Positions 1-9,320 of a stretch of 64,000 bases of DNA are shown one piece after another. The notes under the pieces are model-generated. The model made no database searches. It worked only from the letters and a program-made list of their open reading frames with translations, and had not been told where the DNA came from. Source of the stretch: Nitrospinales bacterium (lineage in GTDB: Bacteria > Nitrospinota > Nitrospinia > Nitrospinales > VA-1); contig CBDCXL010000002.1 of the NCBI GenBank assembly GCA_965223795.1, positions 800,001 through 864,000 of the forward strand, given 5' to 3'. The number at the start of each line of letters is the position of its first letter. Within the stretch, counting starts at the first letter, position 1. A program made the translations under genes and the position numbers.

Positions 1-1
1 G

Positions 2-121
2 CGGCAGGAACTCCGGCAACGCTGGCAAAACCTGCCGCCGGAAAAAAAGCAGCGTTTCAAAAAAAGAATGAAGCAGCGGGCGCAGCAAAAGCGCAGAAGA
101 ATGCAGCAGCGCAACCGCTGA
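2..121 (+). CDS. 3' end of a gene running in from the left edge; DUF3106-like helical protein (partial)
   Basis: Manual translation of frame 2: RQELRQRWQNLPPEKKQRFKKRMKQRAQQKRRRMQQRNR*. The 'RWQNLPPEKKQR' motif is typical of DUF3106-type proteins. Confidence 0.55.
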   Translation, partial: RQELRQRWQNLPPEKKQRFKKRMKQRAQQKRRRMQQRNR

Positions 122-458
122 CTCCGGTTGCCCGCAAACGGCAGGCGCCCGGTCTCCCCTGCCGGCCCGCCTAAAACCTCCTTTTATAAATCCCGAATTT
201 GAATGGGTTCTTTGTGAGCGTTGGCTGTGTTTTCGCGTTTGATACGAACGCACTGTTTCGCGGACGCCTGAACCGGGACAGCAAATAATGCTCGCGTTGG
301 GGTGTCAAACGTATTAAAATCTCGAGCTTTGGCGGCAGGTTCGCAGGCGCGTGGCAGGCGGCGGACCCCGCATCAAACCGATGGACCGGATTGCGCTGCA
401 CCGGGCGTTCCCGGCATGCAGCCCGCGGCGGGTCCGCATTCTCAGGAGGAGACAACCC

Positions 459-1643
459 GTGAATCAACCTCACAATCACTCGGCCCGAAAGATCAGGATC
501 GGCATCCTTGGAATCGGCAACTGCGCCAGTTCCCTCATTCAGGGAATCCATTATTACGGCGGCAAGGATTCGAACGAGGCCATCGGTTTGATGCACTGGG
601 AGATCGGCGGCTACCGCCCGGCGGACATTCAGGTCGTGTCGGCGTTCGACATCGACCAGCGCAAGGTGGGCAAGGACGTGAACGAGGCGGTGTTCGCGGA
701 GCCCAACTGCACACAGGTGTTCTGCCAGGACCTTCCCAAATCCGGAGTGCGGGTGCGCATGGGCCCTATCCTCGACGGTTTCTCGGAACACATGAACGAC
801 TACCCCAGCCACCGCACGTTTCTGCCGTCGCAGGAAACGCAGCCGGACCGCGAGGAGGTGGTGCGGGCGCTCAAGGAAACGGGCACGGAAATCCTGCTGA
901 ACTATTTGCCCGTGGGTTCGGAGCAGGCGACGCGCTTTTACGCGCAGTGCGCGCTGGACGCGGGCGCGGCGTTCATCAACAACATCCCGGTGTTCATCGC
1001 CAGCGACCCGGAATGGGCGGAACGGTTCAGGGAGCGGAACATCCCGTTGATCGGCGACGACATCAAGGCGCAGATCGGCGCCACCATCACTCACCGGACG
1101 CTCACCGACCTGTTCAAGAAACGCGGCGTCAAGCTGGAGCAGACCTATCAGCTCAACACCGGCGGCAACACGGACTTTCTCAACATGATCAACCGCAGCC
1201 GGCTGGCGTCGAAAAAGAAATCCAAAACCGAGGCGGTGCAGTCGGTCGCGGCGGACCGGCTGGAGGCGGACCGCATCCACATCGGCCCGAGCGACTACGT
1301 CCCCTGGCAAAACGACAACAAGGTCTGCTTCATCCGCATGGAAGGCAAGCTGTTCGGGGACGTCCCGATGAACCTGGAACTCAGGCTTTCCGTGGAGGAT
1401 TCGCCCAACTCGGCGGCGGTGGCGATCGACTCCATCCGCTGCGCCAAGCTGGCGCTGAACCGCGGCGAGGGCGGCGTGCTGTCGGCGCCTTCCTCGTTTT
1501 TCTGCAAACACCCTCCCGAGCAGATTCCCGACGATGAGGCCTACCGCGGCACCGAGGCTTTCATCCGCCACAGGAAAACCGGCCCGCGCAACGAAGCGGT
1601 TTTGAGCGGGGAAAAGGACCCATCCGCCGCCGTCAACGGTTGA
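459..1643 (+). CDS. ino1: myo-inositol-1-phosphate synthase
   Basis: Motifs GIGNCASSLIQG, NYLPVGS, GDDIKAQIGAT, QLNTGGNTDFLNM, SKKKSKT and EDSPNSAA. GTG start at 459 follows an AGGAGG SD at 444-449, in frame with ORF 351..1643. Confidence 0.93.
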   Translation: MNQPHNHSARKIRIGILGIGNCASSLIQGIHYYGGKDSNEAIGLMHWEIGGYRPADIQVVSAFDIDQRKVGKDVNEAVFAEPNCTQVFCQDLPKSGVRVRMGPILDGFSEHMNDYPSHRTFLPSQETQPDREEVVRALKETGTEILLNYLPVGSEQATRFYAQCALDAGAAFINNIPVFIASDPEWAERFRERNIPLIGDDIKAQIGATITHRTLTDLFKKRGVKLEQTYQLNTGGNTDFLNMINRSRLASKKKSKTEAVQSVAADRLEADRIHIGPSDYVPWQNDNKVCFIRMEGKLFGDVPMNLELRLSVEDSPNSAAVAIDSIRCAKLALNRGEGGVLSAPSSFFCKHPPEQIPDDEAYRGTEAFIRHRKTGPRNEAVLSGEKDPSAAVNG

Positions 1644-1649
1644 CGGCGG
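1627..1649 (+). terminator. GC-rich hairpin overlapping the ino1 stop codon (no U-tract)
   Basis: CCGCCGTCAA-cgg-TTGACGGCGG, a perfect 10-bp stem. Confidence 0.35.
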
Positions 1650-1887
1650 AGAGAGAAACCCGCTTCTCCCCTTGCGGCCCGGGTGAAAAAGCCCGGGCTC
1701 GATGCGGCGGCTTCAAGCCGTACATTCCGCCCCCGATTAAAGATTAAATCCTTATGAATAAATCACTTATCGGATTTGACTTTTTCGCGGCCGGTCCCTA
1801 AATTACCTGTAAATTCTCTTTTTTCTCCGAATGCACGGGTCAATGCATCCCCCCACGCAGGCAACGTGTATTCAGGAACCCGGCATC

Positions 1888-2154
1888 ATGGAACCGGTGG
1901 TTTTATACAGAATCTGGGGACTGGTGTTGTACCTTGCGGGGATCGGGCTTTTGAGCCTGGGCAATCATGTGCTGCACAACGCTCATGAAAGACGCAAGCA
2001 CATAAGCTGGGCCGCGTTCAGCGGACGCCGTTACTGGAACCGGGCGGACCTGCGGTCGGGTCTGGGCGCGGTGCTGCTTTACGTCACAGGCGGCGGCATT
2101 TCCCTCACGGGCCTGATCCTTTTCTTCCTGAACTCTCAGTGGCGGGAATTCTGA
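1888..2154 (+). CDS. small membrane protein, two predicted TM helices
   Basis: MEPVVLYRIWGLVLYLAGIGLLSLG...GAVLLYVTGGGISLTGLILFFL. ATG 1888 is in frame with ORF 1831..2154. Confidence 0.6.
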   Translation: MEPVVLYRIWGLVLYLAGIGLLSLGNHVLHNAHERRKHISWAAFSGRRYWNRADLRSGLGAVLLYVTGGGISLTGLILFFLNSQWREF

Positions 2155-3064
2155 TTTTGCCTTGTTCCCTAAGCGCCCGCAGACGGCCGCGCGCCGCAAT
2201 CCAGAACCCCAGAAGCAACAGCACGGACGGGATCACGTAGGGAAAATCCGCATGCGGCCGGTCGCCTTCCCGCAGCAGCCACACGACCCAGCAGACGCCA
2301 GCCGCCGCCGGCAGCGGCCCCGCGAGCGTCCTGAACGCCCAAGCCGCGCCCGTCCACAACAGTCCCCAGCCCGCGAACGACAACGCGACGGCGCCCAGCG
2401 CCACCGCCTCGATGGGCGTGAAAGGCCGGGCCCGGACTCCGAATGCGGATTCACCGCCGTGTTCAATCCAGTGCGTCAACGTCTGGAAACGCTCGCAGCT
2501 TCTCAGTGACAGATCGCGGCCGCGCTCGCATTCGAGCTGGAAAAAATTGAGGGCTGCGTCGAACGACTTCTGCTGCTCCAGACTGTCGCCGAGGTGGTAG
2601 CAGGGACCGTAGTCCTCCGGGTCCGGGGACTTGAAATCCTCGCGGCACAGGCGCTCAAGATGCGCGTGCGCCCGGGAATGGGCGGTGATCCTCAAGTATT
2701 CCTTGGCGAGATAGAAGCACACGATGTCCTCCCCTGCCCGGCAGCGCGCCTCCAGCGGAGCGCTGGCTTCGTCCAGACGGTCCAGTTCCTGCGCCAGCGA
2801 GAGATACGGGGTGCAGGCGCGCAGGTGGCCGGCGGTCTTGTGGCTTTTGCAGGCGTCGTGAAAATGGGCGAGCGCCGTTTCCCTGTTTCCCGCCTTGCGT
2901 TCTTCCATGCCCGCGGCGAGGCAGTAGATCGTCAGCCCCTTTTTGCATTCCTCGGCGTAGTTTTTCGCATCGTTCTCCTGAGCCGCGCCCGGCGCGGCGC
3001 GGAACAAAAGACCGAGCATCCCGATGAACAGGATCTCCTTCAACTGAAACCGGCGTGTCAGCAA
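2105..3064 (-). CDS. Sel1/Hcp-like Cys-rich repeat protein with signal peptide and C-terminal TM segments
   Basis: Signal peptide ending AAPGAA-QE. Paired-Cys repeats ECKKGLTIYC, RCRAGEDIVC and others. Hydrophobic C-terminus. TTG at 3064 follows GAGGAGG. Confidence 0.65.
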   Translation of the reverse strand: MLTRRFQLKEILFIGMLGLLFRAAPGAAQENDAKNYAEECKKGLTIYCLAAGMEERKAGNRETALAHFHDACKSHKTAGHLRACTPYLSLAQELDRLDEASAPLEARCRAGEDIVCFYLAKEYLRITAHSRAHAHLERLCREDFKSPDPEDYGPCYHLGDSLEQQKSFDAALNFFQLECERGRDLSLRSCERFQTLTHWIEHGGESAFGVRARPFTPIEAVALGAVALSFAGWGLLWTGAAWAFRTLAGPLPAAAGVCWVVWLLREGDRPHADFPYVIPSVLLLLGFWIAARGRLRALREQGKIRIPATESSGRKGSGP

Positions 3065-3241
3065 CTTCCCTCCTCTGTCGAATACAGGAACCCCCGGTGC
3101 GCACAAGACCCGGCAACGCGCACATTTGCCTGATTGCAAGCTGTTTAAAGTACCACGGATCGGATAAATGCGTAAAATAGAGACGTTCTGATCCGCTGCC
3201 TGAAAAGGGGGATCATCAGAAACGGAATAAGGGCGGATTGC

Positions 3242-3988
3242 ATGCGCGCTAACAAATCCCCGAAATTAAAAATCGACAGCTTCAACATCTCCACAGGCAG
3301 ACAGCTTGCCGGTAAATACCAGGTCGCGGGCAAGCTGGGCGAGGGCTGGGAAGGCGAGGTCTACAAGGTCGTCGAAATGAGCACCGGCATCGAGCGGGCG
3401 GCGAAAGTGTTTTTCCCCCACCGCAATCCCGGCAACCGCGCCGCCAAAGCCTACGCACTGAAACTGCACAAACTGCGGCAGTGTTCCCTGCTGATCCAGT
3501 ACCACACAAAGGAGATTTTCTTTTACCGCCGGTTGCCGGTGACGGTCCTGATTTCCGAATTCGTGGAAGGCGCGCCGCTGTCGGAGTTTCTCAGGAGTCT
3601 GCCGGGCAAGCGCCTGAGCCCGTATCCGGCGCTGCACCTGCTGTACGCCCTGACCCGGGGCATCGAGGAGATCCACCTGCTCAACGAGTACCACGGCGAC
3701 ATCCACACGGACAACATCATCGTCAACGGGTTCGGCCTCAAGTTCGATCTCAAACTGCTGGATTTTTATCAGCATCCCGCGCCGAAAGCGGTCAACATCC
3801 GCGACGACCTGTGCGGACTCATTCACGTCTTTCACGAATGCCTGGGAGGAAGCAAACGCTACAAAAAGCATCCGCCTATCGTCAAGGAGATCTGCTGCGG
3901 GTTGAAGCGCAGCCTGATCCTGAAAAAATTCAAATCCGTGTCCCATCTGCGGGATTTTCTGGAAACCCTGCAATGGGTCGCCGTGTGA
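3242..3988 (+). CDS. Ser/Thr protein kinase family protein (single domain)
   Basis: LGEGWEGEVY Gly-loop, AAK lysine, HGDIHTDN catalytic loop, LLDFY. Confidence 0.85.
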   Translation: MRANKSPKLKIDSFNISTGRQLAGKYQVAGKLGEGWEGEVYKVVEMSTGIERAAKVFFPHRNPGNRAAKAYALKLHKLRQCSLLIQYHTKEIFFYRRLPVTVLISEFVEGAPLSEFLRSLPGKRLSPYPALHLLYALTRGIEEIHLLNEYHGDIHTDNIIVNGFGLKFDLKLLDFYQHPAPKAVNIRDDLCGLIHVFHECLGGSKRYKKHPPIVKEICCGLKRSLILKKFKSVSHLRDFLETLQWVAV

Positions 3989-4151
3989 CCGGGCCGGATC
4001 GGACAGCGAAACAAAGAGAAAGCCGCAGCCCACCGCGGATGCAGCCGAAATTCAATGGGCGAGCAGCAATGAGCTTGTCCGCAGCCGTTTTTCTGGTTAC
4101 GATTCATGTTATAAAGGCATCCCCATCTCCAGTTGAAAATGGAAACCTCTC

Positions 4152-5045
4152 ATGACCCTTGCTGAAATCCGGTTGCACGGCTGGCTCTTTTTTATCGTTC
4201 TCCTGTTTTCGATCCCGGCGCACGCTTCGCACGAAACCCCGTACGATGCGGAAACGGAAGTGGTCTGGAAATCGGACCGGCTCGCGGCCAACTGGTTCGG
4301 CGGACGCTACCGGGTGCGGCTGGGAGGCGACGGCATTCCGGCGGACTGGATCGAAGTGAAGGCGGGCCGGCGTTCGAACATCGAAGTGTCGGAGATCGTC
4401 GTGCGATATTTGAGCCGGCACGGGCACCACCCGCGCAAGCAGAAGTTTTATCCCTATCAGCGCGTTCACGGCGGCGAACGGGTGCGCTTCAAGCTGCCCC
4501 GGACACACCATGTGCTCGGCATCGCGGTGGTGGCCTCGGGAATCAGCGGCAGCCACAAGCAGGACCGCTTCCGCATCCTGCTGTCGAAAAACGTGCGCCG
4601 CCCCCCTGAGGATTTTGTGCAGACCGGCTATTTTTACGGCGAGTGCATCGGCGGCCACAAATGTCCGGGTTACCGCCGCCACCCGATTCAGCGGTTTTCC
4701 ATCGACCTGGAGGACGACGTGAAAATCCTCAAAATCCAGTTCGACGCGCACGACGCCATCGGCCGCAGGCACGGCGCCAAAGTCAATGTCTATGTGGACG
4801 ATTTGCTGGTGGCGCAGGGAATCGACATCAAGCGCAGGCGGTCGTCGGTCGTCATCGATCTGAAACCCACGATCGGCCGGGTCCTCACGTTCGAGGCGGC
4901 GAGCAACGACGAGGCGATGATCGAGCGGATCGCGGTGGAATACAGTGCCTACCGGGACCGCAAGCAGCGCAGAAGGGGCGGCGGGCCGGGCCGCTTCGAA
5001 CGGGGATTCGAACGGGAACGGGATCGACACCGTCACCGTCATTGA
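4152..5045 (+). CDS. secreted hypothetical protein with repeated beta-sandwich-like modules
   Basis: Signal peptide ending IPAHA-S. Related segments 'EVSEIVVRY' and 'AMIERIAVEY'. Arg/His-rich tail. Confidence 0.7.
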   Translation: MTLAEIRLHGWLFFIVLLFSIPAHASHETPYDAETEVVWKSDRLAANWFGGRYRVRLGGDGIPADWIEVKAGRRSNIEVSEIVVRYLSRHGHHPRKQKFYPYQRVHGGERVRFKLPRTHHVLGIAVVASGISGSHKQDRFRILLSKNVRRPPEDFVQTGYFYGECIGGHKCPGYRRHPIQRFSIDLEDDVKILKIQFDAHDAIGRRHGAKVNVYVDDLLVAQGIDIKRRRSSVVIDLKPTIGRVLTFEAASNDEAMIERIAVEYSAYRDRKQRRRGGGPGRFERGFERERDRHRHRH

Positions 5046-5085
5046 AGGACAGCGGCGATCGCATTGAGACAGGAGACACACATCC

Positions 5086-5601
5086 ATGCCCAACGGTTTT
5101 CACGGCACGAAAGAGGAATGGGCGCGGCTCGAAGCGCCGCTCACCAGCCTCGACGCACAAATCGCGGAGTATGCACGGCAGAACGGAATGACGGTACGCA
5201 AAAGCGACCGCAACTGGCCGCGCCGTTCGCTGGACTGGGGCGCGCCGATCCGCATGAGCCTGCAGCTGAGCCTGCTGGACGAGAAAAGCCTGACGTTCAG
5301 CCTTGCGGTGGTGGCCCACCTGGACGAGGCGGGACTGCGATCCTGGAAAAGTGAAACGATCGCCACGGCGCTGACGGTCGAACAGTTGCGATCGCAATGG
5401 AGGCCGCTTCTGGACAAGGGCCGGCGGAAAGCGGCGTTCTGGAAAAAGGCGGACCTGAAAACCAGCGTCAAGCTGAAAGGGACGGACGCGTTTGTGCAGT
5501 CGCAGAGGCAGGACCGGCTGATGAACGTGCTGTTGTACGGTACGGTGGTGACGCTGGTTTTTTTCGGGGCGCTGATCGTGATCTGGAAAATTTATGCGTG
5601 A
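5086..5601 (+). CDS. hypothetical protein with C-terminal TM anchor
   Basis: AGGAG SD upstream. C-terminal hydrophobic helix VLLYGTVVTLVFFGALIVIW. Confidence 0.7.
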   Translation: MPNGFHGTKEEWARLEAPLTSLDAQIAEYARQNGMTVRKSDRNWPRRSLDWGAPIRMSLQLSLLDEKSLTFSLAVVAHLDEAGLRSWKSETIATALTVEQLRSQWRPLLDKGRRKAAFWKKADLKTSVKLKGTDAFVQSQRQDRLMNVLLYGTVVTLVFFGALIVIWKIYA

Positions 5602-5616
5602 CGGCCGCAAGCCATC

Positions 5617-5784
5617 TCATTCGGAGTCGATCTGCTCTTCGGCCTGTTTTTTGGCCTCCTGCCGTTTGTAGGCCTTGCCCGACTCCTTGACCTTTTCGTG
5701 ATAGCGTTTGCTCTGAATCTGCTGAGCCGCCACCTCCGCCTCGATCTCGGCCTTGGTTTTTATTTTTTTCTTTTTCTTCGCCAT
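5617..5784 (-). CDS. small basic protein (55 aa)
   Basis: MAKKKKKIKTKAEIEAEVAAQQIQSKRYHEKVKESGKAYKRQEAKK...; GAAAGG upstream of ATG 5784. Confidence 0.65.
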   Translation of the reverse strand: MAKKKKKIKTKAEIEAEVAAQQIQSKRYHEKVKESGKAYKRQEAKKQAEEQIDSE

Positions 5785-5931
5785 GCGGCCGCCTTTCTCC
5801 AGCGCCTCGATTCCGCCGGCGCTTCCCTTGTTCCTGTAACTCACAGGGTACCGGCCCGGCGATTAAATTGAAACCACGTTTTGGATGCGGTTTTTCGACC
5901 GGGCGGGCTTCCCGCTTTCTCGGAGACAGGC

Positions 5932-7830
5932 ATGATCCACTGGCTCGACGGGCTGATTCTCGCGGCCTTCATCGTGTACGCGATCGCCGCGGGGCTGCGC
6001 AACCGGGCGCGGGCGTCGCGGAACCTCGCTGAGTATTTCCTGGCGGGGCGCTCGCTCAAAGGCTGGCAGGCCGGGGTGAGCATGGCGGCAACCCAGTTCG
6101 CCGCCGACACGCCGCTGCTGGTCACGGGACTCATCGCCACGGCGGGCATATTTTCACTGTGGCAGCTCTGGATCTACGGCCTGAGTTTCCTGCTCATGGG
6201 ATTTCTGCTGGCCGGGCCCTGGCGGCGGGCGGCGGTGCTGACCGACGCGGAGCTGACCGAGATCCGCTACGGCGGCGGCAAGGCGACGTTTCTGCGCGCC
6301 GCCAAGGCGGTGTATTTCGGCACGATCTTCAACTGCACGGTGCTGGCGATGGTCCTGCTGGCGGCGACGCGCATCGCGGAACCGTTTCTGCTGTGGAACG
6401 AATGGCTGCCGCCCGCGGTTTTCGATGCTTGTCTCTCTTTTGTGCGCTGGCTGGGCGTTCCGTTCACGGTGCACACGGACGACGCCGCCCTCCTCTGGGT
6501 TTTGTCCACCAACAATCTCATTTCCATCCTCTGCATCGTCATCGTCACGACGCTGTACTCGGCGACGGGGGGACTGCGGTCGGTGGTTTCGACGGACGTG
6601 CTGCAGTTTTCCATCATGCTTCTGGGGACGCTGCTTTACACGGGGTTCGTGGTGCAGGCGTGCGGCGGTCTTACCGGGCTGTCGGCGCAGATCCAGGACC
6701 TCTACGCGCAGGGCGCGCCCAACGGGATCACGGCTTCGGAGATGCTGGCCTTCACGCCGTCCGAAGCGCACGACGTGGGTCTCGGACTGTTGGCGGTGTT
6801 CGGGCTGCAATGGCTGATCCAGATGAACGCCGACGGAACCGGCTATCTGGCGCAGCGATCGATGGCCTGCAGATCGGATGCGGACGCCCGCTTCGCGGCG
6901 GTGCTGTTCACTTATTTACAGATTCTTCTGCGCTCGCTGCTCTGGCTGCCGCTGGCGCTGGGGCTTGTGGTGCTGTATCCGCTGGTGTCCGCCAGCACGC
7001 CGGAGCAGTACACGGCGCTGCGGGAAGCGACGTTCGTGCTGGGCATGCGGGATCTGCTGCCCATCGGCGTCAAGGGGCTCCTGCTGACGGCCATGCTGGC
7101 GGCGCTCGCCTCGACGGTGGACACGCACCTCAACTGGGGCGCGGGCTACTGGACGCACGACCTGTATGAGCGCGTCTACTGCGAGAAACTGCGCAAGCGT
7201 TCCGCCGATCCCAGGCAGCTGGTGTGGGTGGCGCGCGTTTCCAATGTCGGCATCCTGTTGATCGCACTCGTCATCATGGCGCATCTGAACTCGATCCAGA
7301 GCGCCTGGCAGGGCTCGCTGCTGATCGGCGCGGCGATGGGGATTCCCCTCCTGCTGCGCTGGTTCTGGTGGCGCATGAACGCCTGGGGCGAGATCGCCGC
7401 GATCGGGGTGGCGACGCTGTGCGCGCCGTTTTTCCTGGATCTTGAAACTTCGGGTCCGCAAAACCTGCTGGCGATGGCGGCGCTGTCGCTGGCGGCGACG
7501 CTGGCGGCGGTGGTGCTCAAGGGTCCGGAGGAGGAAGCGGTGCTGCGCGCGTTTTATCAGCGCGTGCGGCCCAGCGGGTTCTGGGGGCCGGTCGCCGGGG
7601 ACCGGAGCGAAGCGCGGGCGCTGCAAAAACGGTTCTGCAAAAAACTGGGCCAGGCGGCGCTGTGCGCGTTGAGCTGTTTCGGGCTGCTGGTGGGCGTGGG
7701 GACGTGGCTGGTGGACGGCACGCCGCCGGCCTGGTTTCCGCATGCCCGGCTGTGGCCGCCATTCTGCATCGCGCTGGCGCTTGCGGTGCTGCCGTTGTGG
7801 TGGCGGCCGCTGCGCGCGGACAAAACCTGA
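5932..7830 (+). CDS. sodium:solute symporter (SSS) family protein
   Basis: EYFLAGRSL, SMAATQFAADT, YSATGGLRSVVSTDVLQF, YLAQRSMAC and AMLAALASTVD motifs, with many TM helices. Confidence 0.92.
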   Translation: MIHWLDGLILAAFIVYAIAAGLRNRARASRNLAEYFLAGRSLKGWQAGVSMAATQFAADTPLLVTGLIATAGIFSLWQLWIYGLSFLLMGFLLAGPWRRAAVLTDAELTEIRYGGGKATFLRAAKAVYFGTIFNCTVLAMVLLAATRIAEPFLLWNEWLPPAVFDACLSFVRWLGVPFTVHTDDAALLWVLSTNNLISILCIVIVTTLYSATGGLRSVVSTDVLQFSIMLLGTLLYTGFVVQACGGLTGLSAQIQDLYAQGAPNGITASEMLAFTPSEAHDVGLGLLAVFGLQWLIQMNADGTGYLAQRSMACRSDADARFAAVLFTYLQILLRSLLWLPLALGLVVLYPLVSASTPEQYTALREATFVLGMRDLLPIGVKGLLLTAMLAALASTVDTHLNWGAGYWTHDLYERVYCEKLRKRSADPRQLVWVARVSNVGILLIALVIMAHLNSIQSAWQGSLLIGAAMGIPLLLRWFWWRMNAWGEIAAIGVATLCAPFFLDLETSGPQNLLAMAALSLAATLAAVVLKGPEEEAVLRAFYQRVRPSGFWGPVAGDRSEARALQKRFCKKLGQAALCALSCFGLLVGVGTWLVDGTPPAWFPHARLWPPFCIALALAVLPLWWRPLRADKT

Positions 7831-7837
7831 GCGCCGG

Positions 7838-8026
7838 TCAGGAGTCGGTGCGCATCGCGGTGAAGGAAGCGATCTCACCGTCCTCGACCCCATAGCGGAC
7901 CTCGATGGGGCGGCAGCACACCTCGCAGTCTTCGATGTAGCTCTGCGCGGATGTGGACAGGTCCAGGAGCATGGACACGTTCTGCCCGCAGTAGGGACAG
8001 GCGAAAAACTGTTCCGTCTCATCCAT
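7838..8026 (-). CDS. CPXCG motif-containing cysteine-rich protein
   Basis: CPYCGQ...YIEDCEVCCRPI. Confidence 0.9.
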   Translation of the reverse strand: MDETEQFFACPYCGQNVSMLLDLSTSAQSYIEDCEVCCRPIEVRYGVEDGEIASFTAMRTDS

Positions 8027-8032
8027 GCCCGG

Positions 8033-8116
8033 TCAATAAAACTTCTTCAGGATGAAAGGGATCATGATCGCCAGCACCACGACGACGCCGATGAAGGTTT
8101 CCCAGTTTTGAAACAT
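8033..8116 (-). CDS. 27-aa single-TM small protein
   Basis: MFQNWETFIGVVVVLAIMIPFILKKFY*. The stop lies 6 nt before the CPXCG start. Confidence 0.5.
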   Translation of the reverse strand: MFQNWETFIGVVVVLAIMIPFILKKFY

Positions 8117-8192
8117 GATACAGGTTTCGTTTTGGGACGCTCCGGAAAGCGCCCGGTTTTCTTCCGGCCGATGACGCGTTTTACGCGCCCAT

Positions 8193-9191
8193 TCACGGCG
8201 TATTGCGCACCTTTGCCCGGCCGATGCGGTCGGTGTCGGCACCGAACCAGATCACTCCGTCCGGTTCATGGTACACCATGTGGCGCACGGAACCACCGCC
8301 GGACGGGATTTCGCTGGTGCTGAAAAATGTTTCCCCTGCGGGATCGAACCCGACCAGCCGGTTCGGGATGCGGCCGGTCTCCACGACCCAGATGCGGTCC
8401 GAATCGTCCACGGTCATGGCGTAGGGCCCCGCGTCCCCGCCGCCGGGCAGCGGCCATTCCTTGAAATCCTTTGTGCCGGGGTCGAACCGGCCCAGCATTC
8501 CCTGGGCGTAATCGCCGTACCACACCGCCCCGTCACGCGTGATGGCGATCCGCCTGGGCCGGGCTTCTTGGCGCGGCAGCGCGTGTTCTTCGATTCTAAG
8601 CGCCTGCGGGTCCACGGTGGCCAGCTTGTTGCTGTTGAACAGCACCACCCAGGGGCGTTTGTCTGGATCGATGGCGATGCCATAGGGACGCGCGTTGGCT
8701 GTGGGGACGGCGACAAGATCGATGACGCCGGTCTGCATCGCCAGCCTGCCGATGAAGTTGCCTCCCTGGACGGTGAACCAGATGTGTCCCGCGCCGTCGA
8801 AGATGAGGGTGTGCGGATCGTGCGCCTTCGAGTCGGGCATGGGATAGCGGGTGATTTCGCCGCTGTCCGGATTGAGTTTGCCGATGTAGGCGTTGCGGTT
8901 GCCGGCAAACCACACCATTCCCTTTTCGTCGACAATCAGGTTGTGCGGTCCGGCGCCCGGTCCCAGTTCGAACTTTTTGAACTTGCCCGATTCCGGTTCC
9001 AGATAGGCGAGATAACCGCTTTTCTGTCCGCAGAACCAGATACGTCCTTTGGGGTCCACGTAGGGATCGCGCGGCCGCGAATTTTCCCAGGGAACGCGCC
9101 ATTCGTCGATGGGCACGGGTCCGGCGGCGGCCGGGGCCGATGCGAGGGCGAATGCGGCCGTGAGGGCCAGAACGAGAATCCGGGTGCGCAT
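8193..9191 (-). CDS. virginiamycin B lyase (Vgb) family beta-propeller, secreted
   Basis: Signal peptide. Repeated P-H/Y-x-I-x-x-D-x-x-G-x-x-W-F blades (GPHNLIVDEKGMVWF, DPHTLIFDGAGHIWF, RPYGIAIDPDKRPW). Confidence 0.88.
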   Translation of the reverse strand: MRTRILVLALTAAFALASAPAAAGPVPIDEWRVPWENSRPRDPYVDPKGRIWFCGQKSGYLAYLEPESGKFKKFELGPGAGPHNLIVDEKGMVWFAGNRNAYIGKLNPDSGEITRYPMPDSKAHDPHTLIFDGAGHIWFTVQGGNFIGRLAMQTGVIDLVAVPTANARPYGIAIDPDKRPWVVLFNSNKLATVDPQALRIEEHALPRQEARPRRIAITRDGAVWYGDYAQGMLGRFDPGTKDFKEWPLPGGGDAGPYAMTVDDSDRIWVVETGRIPNRLVGFDPAGETFFSTSEIPSGGGSVRHMVYHEPDGVIWFGADTDRIGRAKVRNTP

Positions 9192-9320
9192 GAATTTTCC
9201 TGTTATGGGCCCGCGCGGGACCGGTAACTGTATTTTTACGGATGGGTCCTGGCGCAGCGCGTATATTCTATGATGACTTCATCATACCAAGTCCGGCAAA
9301 AAGGGCAAGCGGCGGGCGTT

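Noticed and set aside
221..345. Weak GG-N10-GC sigma54-like motifs upstream of ino1
   Set aside because: They lack the CAC and TTGC consensus positions and are expected by chance.
171..1571. Long antisense and alternate-frame ORFs (also 16042..18024, 37355..39421, 46318..48069, 25676..26824 and others)
   Set aside because: Shadow ORFs of GC-rich genes with clear family motifs on the other strand or frame. They have Arg/Gly/Pro-biased composition.
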